Below, in pieces: positions 50,249 to 59,600 of a stretch of DNA of 64,000 bases. The notes under the pieces are model-generated. The model did no database searches and was not told the DNA's origin. It was given only the letters and a program-made list of their open reading frames with translations. Within the stretch, counting starts at the first letter, position 1; each line of letters starts with the position of its first letter. The position numbers and the translations under genes are program-made. This stretch comes from Kiritimatiellia bacterium (GTDB lineage Bacteria; Verrucomicrobiota; Kiritimatiellia; RFP12; UBA3636). The stretch spans positions 149 to 64,148 of the forward strand of contig JAZNPC010000010.1 in the NCBI GenBank assembly GCA_045589455.1, in the 5' to 3' direction.

Positions 50249-50700
50249 GCTAGCGTGATGCACGTGACGCCGAAGGGACGCAGAGACGCAGAGACGCAGA
50301 GCTAGCGTGATGCACGTGACGCCGAAGGGACGCAGAGACGCAGAGGGCGCGGAGGACGCGGGGCTGGTGTGATGGGTGTGGTGTGGGGCGCGAATGCGCA
50401 CATTCCCGCTTGTTGTTGCCTGGGTTTATTGCGAAATCTAACGAAGCAATAAGGCAACTGCCAAGCGCTAATGTGTATGACCCACCAAGGCTTTTGAGGT
50501 TGGGGGCGTGAAAAACAATCAACAATCAACAGTCTACTGCCAACAATGGAGTCTTAACGTCTAATGTCGTTCAATTGTCTATCGTCTAATTGTCACATAG
50601 GAACACCCGTTTGGTGAAGGCAACCCGCCTACTAGCTCAGGAGAAATATAGTCTATCTCCACATCTTCCTTAGGCGTGAGCCATCGCAGACGCCATCTCC
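50249..50700. repeat. GC-rich repeat block: 52-bp tandem duplication, the ~200-bp element, and 'cgtctaa' modules
   Basis: 'gctagcgtgatgcacgtgacgccgaagggacgcagagacgcagag' starts at 50249 and again at 50301. 50301-50497 matches 25025-25222. 50550-50600 ('cgtctaatgtcgttcaattgtctatcgtctaattgtc') resembles 2090-2140. Confidence 0.85.
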
Positions 50701-50810
50701 GCTCGAGATGTAAAATCTATAATTGATAATTCTTGAATTATCATTTTATAAGTGATAATATATCGCTACAAAATGTTAAAAGATTGATTTTATACGCTTA
50801 GCGTAATTCG

Positions 50811-50957
50811 TCTTCGTGAAAATCGCCAAATTTAAACGAGTATGGACGGACAAGCGCGTGCAAGGTGTATTGTACCATTTGCGCGTCTCTATGTTTGCTC
50901 ATACAAGGTGTTTGGCGATACCTCACGGAGGCAAATTTTAGGGACGCGTTTTTTTAT
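50811..50957 (+). other. Inverted-repeat-bounded ~120-nt element ending near a T7 run (candidate structured RNA or recombination-site remnant)
   Basis: 'ttcgtgaaaatcgccaaa' (50813-50830) pairs with 'tttggcgatacctcacggag' (50911-50930). There is an internal hairpin gcaaggt..accatttgc. 'acgcgttttttt' ends at 50957. Confidence 0.3.
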
Positions 50958-51082
50958 TCTCTAAAATAGGCTTCCATGCTAAGAAATAAAAATTATATCT
51001 ATTGGCATAAGTTTTTTATTACTAAATAGGAATAAATATAGAAATCGGTATCTGTTTGTAGAGTTAAACATAGGAGAAAATT

Positions 51083-51504
51083 ATGCGTGACGATATAAAT
51101 TTTGATGAAGAAAAGCTAAAAAAGAGCAGTCCAAGTATGCCCCAAAGGATGAGAATGAGATTAAAGAGAAGGTTTTAAATAAAGAAGAAAAGTTGAATAG
51201 CAAGTTTTCTACAATAGAAAAGTTAAAGCCTTATTGGGACGATTTTAAAACAATTTTCTCTATGATTAAGGATTGCGTTACTGGAAAGTATAAAGAAACA
51301 CCATTTACAACAATTGCTAGCTTAGCTGGTGTATTAATTTATGTTCTTTCTCCAATTGATTTAATGGCTGATTTCATTCCACTTCTAGGATATGTGGATG
51401 ATGCTGCAATCTTGGGTCTTGCCATTAAACTAGCTGCTGCAGATATTGAAAAATATCGTCAGTGGAAAAAGACAATAGATGTAGAAGAAAAGCAGGTCAA
51501 CTAA
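51083..51504 (+). CDS. DUF1232/YkvA-family membrane protein; full-length product requires a -1 frameshift at 51118-51124 (otherwise TTG start at 51193)
   Basis: AGGAG lies 7 nt upstream of ATG 51083, opening a 31-codon ORF. The DUF1232 frame (..YVLSPIDLMADFIPLLGYVDDAAILGLAI..) is open from 51109 and is reached by a -1 slip on A AAA AAG. Confidence 0.55.
51118..51124 (+). other. Candidate -1 ribosomal frameshift heptamer A AAA AAG (or homopolymer indel site)
   Basis: In the ATG-51083 frame the codons read cta-aaa-aag. X XXY YYZ = A AAA AAG, the same heptamer as the E. coli dnaX site. Confidence 0.35.
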
Positions 51505-51517
51505 TTTTCCCCAAAGA

Positions 51518-51551
51518 GCAAATCTAGCCTAGATTTCTTAGCTAGATTTGC
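51518..51551 (+). other. Intergenic stem-loop between the DUF1232 gene and the next ORF
   Basis: Perfect 11-bp inverted repeat gcaaatctagc / gctagatttgc with a 12-nt loop, followed by tttcccc. It starts 14 nt after the stop at 51504. Confidence 0.35.
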
Positions 51552-51584
51552 TTTCCCCATAAATATATTCAAGAAATTGTAATT

Positions 51585-52172
51585 ATGAATAACATAGATA
51601 CTGGCCACGGAGCTGAAATTGCAGTAGGCTTAAGGAGTTGCTCTTCGATTATCCTTGTCCCTATTATTGCAATATGCTCAGGCATTATCATTGGTAAAGA
51701 GTACGGAACAGTTGTTGGTATTCTTGGTGGTATTGTTTGTAGCTCTATCTTTTTTAAGCTTTACCATAGGTTTATCGCTACGCAGATTAAAGGACTTACA
51801 GTACTAGACTGCTTGATTCCGTTTTTAGTTTCACTCGTTTCTGGTGTCATTTTTGCTCCAGTGTCACTTTTTTCAGCTAGTGTCTTTTCAATAGCCACAT
51901 GTATTTACTCTGGAGTACTATTGTCAGCAACACTATTCTTGTATAAGGCACAAAAAGTGTCTGTAGGATACCTTGTATTCCCATTTCTAGTCTTTATGTA
52001 TGAAATATTACCTATAGAGCTACCAACGGATCTAGATAACATATTTGCGCTTTCTGGTAATACAGTTCATCAGTTTATTGCATTAACTGCAGCTAAGATG
52101 AAAAAATCGCTCTCTAATGATTCTCCTACCTCAACAGATGACGAGACCATTATTGATGTCGACCCAGAGTAG
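51585..52172 (+). CDS. Polytopic membrane protein of unknown function (about 5 TM, acidic C-terminal tail)
   Basis: 195 aa with successive hydrophobic, G/S-rich segments. The tail is SNDSPTSTDDETIIDVDPE. Confidence 0.55.
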   Translation: MNNIDTGHGAEIAVGLRSCSSIILVPIIAICSGIIIGKEYGTVVGILGGIVCSSIFFKLYHRFIATQIKGLTVLDCLIPFLVSLVSGVIFAPVSLFSASVFSIATCIYSGVLLSATLFLYKAQKVSVGYLVFPFLVFMYEILPIELPTDLDNIFALSGNTVHQFIALTAAKMKKSLSNDSPTSTDDETIIDVDPE

Positions 52173-52248
52173 AAGCATATTTGGTAAATATATTTTATTT
52201 TGCATAGTATCATTTCTATGATGTAATAAAGAAATAAAGAAAGTTTTT

Positions 52249-53868
52249 ATGTGTTTATGGATTGTTGTTGGTTCTATTTTAGCATTTATTATAACAATAT
52301 GTATTATGTATTGGAATGTTGTTAAAATTTTATTAATTATAGTTGCTATAATTTATGTGCTATCTTTATTAGTCAGCTTAATTAAAAAAGTAATTAAAAA
52401 GGTTGAGCATGAAAATGAGTTGAAATTATTTGCTATAAATGAAGAGAATAAAACCGAAGAAAAAAAACAAAACATAAATTTCAAAAAGTTGTCAAATATA
52501 CTTTTTGTATCAACAATAGATTTAAGAGAGCATCCATTAAAAAACGAAAAGTATAAAAAACGTAAACAATATTTTGAAGTATTAATGTTTCTAATTAATA
52601 ATTCAGTGATTTCAGAAAAATTGAAAGATTTTACTGAAGGTCGTTTATCTATGTATTTTGATTGTTTGTTGCCTGAATTGATGTCTGAAAAGAGTGAAAT
52701 ATTAAATCAAAAAATAGAAGAAAAGGTTTTTATAAAAAAATTAATGCCTTTGTTTTATTTTGCTAATGTAAAGTATTCATATATATTTCTGTCAGATTTG
52801 TGTTTGTTTCTTCAAGAAGAATCGCTAATTTCATATGCAATAGTTGTATTAAAACGATATCTACCCAAATTTATGTGGGCAAAAATAGATAAAAAATATT
52901 ATAGAATTAAAAATTTATCAGTAATATCTGAAAAATATAAGCAGATTGCTGTTTTAATAGAGCAATATAAAACCAATATTGAATTTTTTGCTAGAAAGGA
53001 AAAAAGGGTAATTGTTACAGCTCTTGTTAGTGCAGGAAAATCAACACTAATTAATTCTTTAATTGGAGAAAGATTAACTAGAACAAAATCGGAAATTTGT
53101 ACAAGTAATTTGGCATACATATATAATAAAGCCTATAATGATGGGACCCTTCATTTTTATCAAAATGATAATAAAAAATCTTCTATAAACCAATGTGTGT
53201 GCTTTAATGCAAGTGAAGATGACATAAATACTTATGATATAAATGAAAAAATAAATGTTTCTGCATCGTTTTTAGGTGTTTACTCAAATTGGTCTAGAAT
53301 TTGTTTAATAGATACACCAGGGGTTGATGCTGCTATTAATGTGGAACATGGGGAGTGTACAAAAAAAGCTCTTTTAAATGAGTGTTATGATATGATTCTT
53401 TATGTGGTAAGTCCAAATCAAATAAGTACGGATTCACAAAAAGAATATTTAAAATGGATATTAAATAATCTTCCTAAAAAAAAGATAGTTTTCGTTATTA
53501 ATAAATTAGATACATTAAAACCTAAAGAAGATAGTATAGCTGATACAATATTTAATTTTTATAAAGATTTATGTGATATCGGTTTTAAGAATCCTACTAT
53601 TTGTCCAATATCTTCTTATTTTTCTTTCTTATTAAAGCAAAAAATATCAGGAAAAGACTTTTCCGAAGATGAAATTGACGATTTTAGGTTTTATAGTAGT
53701 AGGTTTTCTAAACCATTTTATAATTTATCAGGATATTATAACGAAGAATTAGAAGATATTAATCTTGAAATAAATGATTTATTGCAATTAAGCAAACGTT
53801 GTGGTTTATATGGTATTGAAAAAATAATAAATGAGGAAATAAATGAAAAAAATATTTATAAAATATAA
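52249..53868 (+). CDS. Membrane-anchored dynamin-like GTPase (LeoB/C-like)
   Basis: 539 aa with N-terminal TM helices (aa 1-45). G1 is ALVSAGKST (53020-53046), G3 is DTPG (53311-53322) and G4 is NKLD (53500-53511). Confidence 0.75.
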   Translation: MCLWIVVGSILAFIITICIMYWNVVKILLIIVAIIYVLSLLVSLIKKVIKKVEHENELKLFAINEENKTEEKKQNINFKKLSNILFVSTIDLREHPLKNEKYKKRKQYFEVLMFLINNSVISEKLKDFTEGRLSMYFDCLLPELMSEKSEILNQKIEEKVFIKKLMPLFYFANVKYSYIFLSDLCLFLQEESLISYAIVVLKRYLPKFMWAKIDKKYYRIKNLSVISEKYKQIAVLIEQYKTNIEFFARKEKRVIVTALVSAGKSTLINSLIGERLTRTKSEICTSNLAYIYNKAYNDGTLHFYQNDNKKSSINQCVCFNASEDDINTYDINEKINVSASFLGVYSNWSRICLIDTPGVDAAINVEHGECTKKALLNECYDMILYVVSPNQISTDSQKEYLKWILNNLPKKKIVFVINKLDTLKPKEDSIADTIFNFYKDLCDIGFKNPTICPISSYFSFLLKQKISGKDFSEDEIDDFRFYSSRFSKPFYNLSGYYNEELEDINLEINDLLQLSKRCGLYGIEKIINEEINEKNIYKI

Positions 53869-56134
53869 CCCTTATTATTTGGAAACAAAATTTACTATAG
53901 ATGGTAAATCTCTTCCTACAAATAGTGAAATTAATGCACGTATTAATCAACCTGATGTGCGTCTACAAGAGTGGATAGAAGATTTACCTCAGCTTTTGAT
54001 TGATGAATGTAACGATAAGAAGTTTGACATTCAATTTCATGGTACTATATTAGATTACGAAGATGTTAAAGAGGTGTTTGAATGTGCTTCTAATGAAGAA
54101 AAGTTAGAGGTGAAGCTAGATAGAATACCTGCAAAAGAAACATCTGAAAAGGAATCTTTAATTGAAGATGTATTTAAAGAAATACAAAATGGACCTATTG
54201 ATGAACTACGTGATGAGAAAATAATTAATGCATTTAATAATGCAAAAAATAGTGAGTTTGAAATTTGTGTTGTAGCTACAATGAGTGCAGGTAAGTCTAC
54301 ATTGATAAATTCAATGCTTGGAGACAAAATGATGCCTTCAAGTCAAGAGGCTTGCACGGCCATTATTACTAGAATTAAAGATGTTGATTCAAATGTTAAT
54401 TGGCATGCTAAAGTATTTGGAAAAGATAACGAACTATTAGAATCAGTTGAAAGTCTTACATATGAAGAGATGGATAGATTTAATAGAGATTCTAAAGTAT
54501 CTTTAATACAAGCCGAAGGTAATATTCCTTTTGTAACCTCACAAAAAACTTCACTAGTTTTAATTGATACTCCTGGTCCAAATAATTCTAGAGATAAAGA
54601 ACATGAAAAAGTTCAAAGTAGATTTTTAGGTAAGTCGTCTAAAGCACTTGTCCTTTATATTATGGAAGGGACATATGGAAATAATGACGACAATGAATTG
54701 CTTCGTAAGGTTGCAGAGAGTATGAAGTCAGGCGGAAAGCAATCTAAAGACCGTTTCCTTTTTGTTATAAATAAGGTTGATGATCGTAAGCAAGAAGATA
54801 GTAAAATGGAGGATATGCTTTTAAGAATTAAGGACTATTTACAAATACATGGAGTTAAAAATCCAAATTTATATCCTGCAGCAGCTTTACCCGCACTTAA
54901 CATAAGATTAATGCAATCACATAATGACATTCTTGATGAAGACATTCTTGATGAAACAGAATTTAAAGTTAAAAAGTTAAATAGAAATGTTGATTTGCAT
55001 TTAGAAAAGTATTCTTCATTACCATTAAGCCTTAGAAGAAAAATTGATTCTGATTTAGAAATTGCTAAAAATAATGGAGATGTGTTTACACAGGCCTTAA
55101 TTCATACAGGAATAGTTTCTGTTGAGACGGCGATTCGTCAATATGTTGAAAAATATGCAAAAACAGCGAAAATTAAAAATATTGTAGATACTTTTAAAGG
55201 AAAATTAGAGGCTGTTTCTTATGAACAAGAAATGAAGAAAGAGATTGCTAAAAATGAAGAAGAGTGTGAAAAGATTACTGCACAAATAAGTTCGATAGAG
55301 AGTCAAATTAAAGACGGAAAAAATGCTCAAGTATTTAAAAAAGAAGTTTCAAAAGCATTGAAAAAAGTTAAAAAAGAAATAGAGGAAAAGATTAATCAAA
55401 ATGTAGAAGAGTTTCAAAATGAATTATTGGAAATAATTAACACATATGGGAATGATGATATTCCCGTTGAAAAAATCTCTTCAATTTTGTCTCAGGTAAG
55501 TAAAAAGGTAAAGTCAATCGAAGCAAATTTTCAAGTTGCTTTAGAGGGATCAATCAATACTGGATTAATATCAACAAGTAAATATCTTTTAGAAGAGTAT
55601 AAAACAAAACTATCATCGTTAACAAAAGATATAGATTTGAAAAACCTTTCAGGAGTTTTTATTGACCCATTGAAGTTAATGTCAGGTAGTGTTCCAAGTA
55701 TAGATAGCTTAAATATTGATGTAGAAGAAAAAGAAGAGGTAGTAGGTGAAGAATGGATTGAAAATACAAACAAAAAATGGTGGAAGTTTTGGACTTGGTT
55801 TGATGATCCTGGTCATTATATAACAAAGTATAAAACTGTAAAATATGTTTTAGGTAGCGAATTAGCTCAAGAAATGCTCGCACCTATAGAGGATACATTA
55901 ATTCAAAACGGAGAATCTGCATTAAAACAAGCGTTATATCAATCTCAAAGAATAGCGGAAAAATATGAGAAAGAGTTTGTTCGTTTAGATGATGTATTGA
56001 CAAAAAAATTGCGTGAGTTAAAACAAATTACTTCTGATAAAACAAACAAAGAGAAGTTGATTAACGATGCACAAGGAAAATTAAATTGGTTAGATAATAT
56101 TAAGAAAAGAGTTGATTCGATTCTTGAAATATAA
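53843..56134 (+). CDS. Large dynamin-like GTPase with helical stalk (LeoA/DynA-like)
   Basis: 763 aa. G1 is ATMSAGKST (54275-54301), G3 is DTPG (54566-54577) and G4 is NKVD (54770-54781). The C-terminal ~360 aa are K/E-rich and helical, with a Trp-rich patch WIENTNKKWWKFWTWF (55754-55801). The start overlaps the previous ORF by 26 nt; GAGGA Shine-Dalgarno upstream. Confidence 0.8.
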   Translation: MKKIFIKYNPYYLETKFTIDGKSLPTNSEINARINQPDVRLQEWIEDLPQLLIDECNDKKFDIQFHGTILDYEDVKEVFECASNEEKLEVKLDRIPAKETSEKESLIEDVFKEIQNGPIDELRDEKIINAFNNAKNSEFEICVVATMSAGKSTLINSMLGDKMMPSSQEACTAIITRIKDVDSNVNWHAKVFGKDNELLESVESLTYEEMDRFNRDSKVSLIQAEGNIPFVTSQKTSLVLIDTPGPNNSRDKEHEKVQSRFLGKSSKALVLYIMEGTYGNNDDNELLRKVAESMKSGGKQSKDRFLFVINKVDDRKQEDSKMEDMLLRIKDYLQIHGVKNPNLYPAAALPALNIRLMQSHNDILDEDILDETEFKVKKLNRNVDLHLEKYSSLPLSLRRKIDSDLEIAKNNGDVFTQALIHTGIVSVETAIRQYVEKYAKTAKIKNIVDTFKGKLEAVSYEQEMKKEIAKNEEECEKITAQISSIESQIKDGKNAQVFKKEVSKALKKVKKEIEEKINQNVEEFQNELLEIINTYGNDDIPVEKISSILSQVSKKVKSIEANFQVALEGSINTGLISTSKYLLEEYKTKLSSLTKDIDLKNLSGVFIDPLKLMSGSVPSIDSLNIDVEEKEEVVGEEWIENTNKKWWKFWTWFDDPGHYITKYKTVKYVLGSELAQEMLAPIEDTLIQNGESALKQALYQSQRIAEKYEKEFVRLDDVLTKKLRELKQITSDKTNKEKLINDAQGKLNWLDNIKKRVDSILEI

Positions 56135-56145
56135 AGGAGTATATT

Positions 56146-56664
56146 ATGCCTTTAACTAAAGCATTTTATGAAGCAATAAGAACAAAAAATGTTCGTCGAG
56201 TTAGAATAATGTTAAAAAATAGCCTTGTTGTTGATCCATCCTTTTCTGAATATAAATCAATGATTGATATTGCATCTAATTTAGAAGGATTGTTTGATGA
56301 GCATGATGGAAAGATTTTTAATAATGAAAAAAGTTTTTGGAACGATGAATATGTAAGTAAAGAAATGGCAAGACTTATTTCTAATTTTTCTAAGGAAAGA
56401 ATTGATCATTTAAAGGATGTTATTCGTTTCTTGAATCCGATGAATACTAATCAACAAAAGCATTATGGTAAATCCAAAAGGTTTTCACATCAAAAGAGAA
56501 AAATAATTACAGGAGCAGTTGTTGGTGCTACAATTGGTGCATTGTTAGGTAATGTAATAAATGACGAGAATGGAATTGTGTCAGTATTATTCGGAGTTGC
56601 AGGAGCTATAGCTGGTAGTGTTGTTGTGAATTGTATCTCTAATGAGGATAAAGGAAATGAGTGA
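56146..56664 (+). CDS. Glycine-zipper two-TM membrane protein of unknown function
   Basis: 172 aa with AAGGAG Shine-Dalgarno upstream. The C-terminus is ITGAVVGATIGALLGNVI...VSVLFGVAGAIAGSVVVNCI (nt 56503-56637). Confidence 0.6.
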   Translation: MPLTKAFYEAIRTKNVRRVRIMLKNSLVVDPSFSEYKSMIDIASNLEGLFDEHDGKIFNNEKSFWNDEYVSKEMARLISNFSKERIDHLKDVIRFLNPMNTNQQKHYGKSKRFSHQKRKIITGAVVGATIGALLGNVINDENGIVSVLFGVAGAIAGSVVVNCISNEDKGNE

Positions 56665-59600
56665 TAGAGTTGTTTTGGTCAAAGACCATAATTTGAACAA
56701 TTCAATTTTGACGGATGATAATCTTATTGGACAAGGAGAGGGTAAATTTCCTTCGATAACTAAATTGGAGTCAAATTTAAAAGAATCAAGTAAGCTTGTA
56801 CAAGATATTGTTTTGAAAAATTATTTACACAAGTTAAAAGATTTAGAAGTTGTTCCTTTGCCCAATGAATTCAAAGATATAAATAAGCTTCGAATTTTTG
56901 AAATAAACGAAATGGTTTATCAAAAGGATGAATATTCAACCTATAAATTTGCTTCTGTTTTTAGCTCTTTACAAAGCTTAGATTGTGGAGTGTTTATTAT
57001 TGTCAATAGCAATGGAGAAAAAACAGATTTTTATATGGGAGTTCGTTCTAAAGATAATAATCGTACTACTAAATCTTTAAAAGATACTTTGAAAAATGCT
57101 TTGATTGGGCATTTCCCTGGTGTTAAAGTGAAAGATATGTTAGACCCAGAAGTAGAGGATTTTTTATCTGAAATTTCAAAAAATAATGTATCTTCAGTAT
57201 CATGTATTGCTAATAATAAAGATGAAGATTTTAAGAATAATGATAATTTTATCCAAGGTCTTGAAAAATTGGCTTTAGCAATGCAAGGGAAAAAATATAC
57301 TGCTATAGTGCTAGCAAACTCTATTAATAATAGTCAAATTTCGGATGTTCGGAGTGCTTATGAAACCATTTACACTCAGATATCTCCTTTTGCTAATATG
57401 CAACTTTCATATGGGACGAATACTGCTTTAAGTATTTCTGATGCTTTGTCTAAAGGAGCTACAACAGGAAGTTCTTATTCTAAAAATATAGGTACTTCTA
57501 GAGGAACTTCAACATCAAGTGGGGATACATATTCCGAATCAGCTTCAAAGCCTGACATTTTATCTTCTGGATTAAAGATTGCGGGGGCTGCTATTTTAGG
57601 AGCCGCTGCTATAGCTACTGCTATTCCTACAGGAGGGGTTAGTTTAGCAGTAGCTGGAGCAGCTATAGTGAATTCAATTCCAATGGTAACCAAAACCAAA
57701 GGTCGTTCTCACTCAAAAAACAAATCTCAAAGTGTAACATCTAACGAAGGTGAAACATTTGGAGAAAATTCTAGTACTTCTGAAAATGCTACCCATACTA
57801 TAGGAGAAACCATTGGAAAAACAGAAAATATGCAGTTAACAATGCAAAATAAAACATTGTTAAATACATTGGAGAAAATAGATTGTCAGTTACAACGTCT
57901 TAATGAGTGTGAAAGTTTAGGGATGTGGGAATGTGCTGCGTATTTTATGTCAGATAGTTTAGAAACTGTTGAGATGGCCGCAGGAACATATAAGGCTTTA
58001 ATGAAAGGCTCTAAATCAGGTGTTGAAACATCCGCAATTAATACTTGGGGATGGTATGAAAAAAATAAAATTCCAATATTATGTGAATATATTACAAATT
58101 TTATACACCCAATATTTGCCTACCCTACAGATGGAGAATTTATCCCAGTGACTCCAGCATCAATGGTAAGTAGTAATGAGCTTGCAATTCAAATGGGGTT
58201 GCCTAGGAAATCTGTATGTGGTTTTCCTGTTGTTGAACATGCTGAATTTGGAAAAGAGGTTGTTTCTAACTTAGACATTAAATCCTCAAGAACTATTCCT
58301 ATTGGGAATATTTTTTCTATGGGTTCAGAAACAAAAACACCAGTTAAATTAAGTATAGATTCATTGACAATGCATACATTTGTGACTGGTTCAACAGGTT
58401 CAGGTAAGAGTAATACATTATATGAGATTTTGTATCAATTGCATAATTTCAATAATGTCCCTTTTCTAGTAATAGAACCAGCAAAAGGTGAGTATAAAAA
58501 CATTTTTGGAAATTCTCATAATGTGTCAGTATATGGAACGAATGCAAAGAAAACTGAGGTCTTAAAAATAAACCCTTTTAGTTTCCCAGATGATATTCAT
58601 GTATTAGAGCATTTGGATAGACTAGTAGAAATATTTAATGTATGTTGGCCAATGTATGCTGCGATGCCCGCAATTTTGAAGGAAGCAATTGAAAAGGCAT
58701 ATATTTCTGTTGGTTGGGATTTGATTGATTCAATAAATGTCAATGGAAATATATTCCCAAATTTCACTGATGTTTTAGAACAAATTGAGATTGTTATTAA
58801 TGAGTCTCAATATTCAAAAGATTGTAAAGGAGATTATTCTGGTGCTTTAACAACGAGAATTCGCTCTATGACAACAGGTTTAAATCGTCTTATTTTTACA
58901 CAAAATGAAATTTCTAATTCTGATTTATTTGATAAAAGTGTTATTGTTGATTTAAGTAGAGTTGGATCTACAGAAGAGAAAGCTTTAATTATGGGAGTTC
59001 TTGTAATGAAGCTGAATGAATATAGAATGACATCAGGGAAGATAAATAGCTCATTGTCTCACATAACAGTTTTGGAAGAAGCACATAATTTGTTGAAGCG
59101 TACATCAACAGAACAAAGCTCAGAGAGTTCAAACCTTCTTGGTAAATCAGTAGAAATGCTCTCAAATTCTATCGCAGAAATGCGTACATATGGAGAGGGA
59201 TTTATTATTGCTGATCAAGCACCAGGTTTGTTAGACATGTCTGTAATACGAAATACAAATACAAAAATTATACTTCGTTTGCCAGAGAAAAGTGATAGAG
59301 AATTAGTTGGTTATGCTGCTTGTTTAAAGGATAATCAGTTAGATGAAATCTCTAAGCTGCATAGAGGCGTTGCGGTAATATATCAAAATGATTGGATAGA
59401 GCCAGTTCTTGTACAGATTAGAAAATGCAATTTAGAAGAGAATTCTTATTCATACAACCCGCCATCAAAACAAACATCAAAACCGAATGTCTTGAAGCAA
59501 TTGATAAATTTTTTAATATGTAATAATGTTAGGGAAAAATTAGATTTCTCTATTGCAGATATAGAGCAAGGAATAGATTTTTTAGCTTTGTCTTCGTCAA

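Noticed and set aside
50540-51080. Search for a tRNA/tmRNA gene or integrase at the island's left border as the integration target.
   Set aside because: I could not find a T-loop-type (GTTCRANYC) motif, a cloverleaf arrangement or any recombinase ORF. I therefore do not call the island a classical integrative element.
52172-52249. Possible internal promoter (TTGCAT ... TAATAA) ahead of the first dynamin gene.
   Set aside because: The -10 match is poor and the spacing ambiguous. In 25% G+C DNA such hexamers arise by chance.
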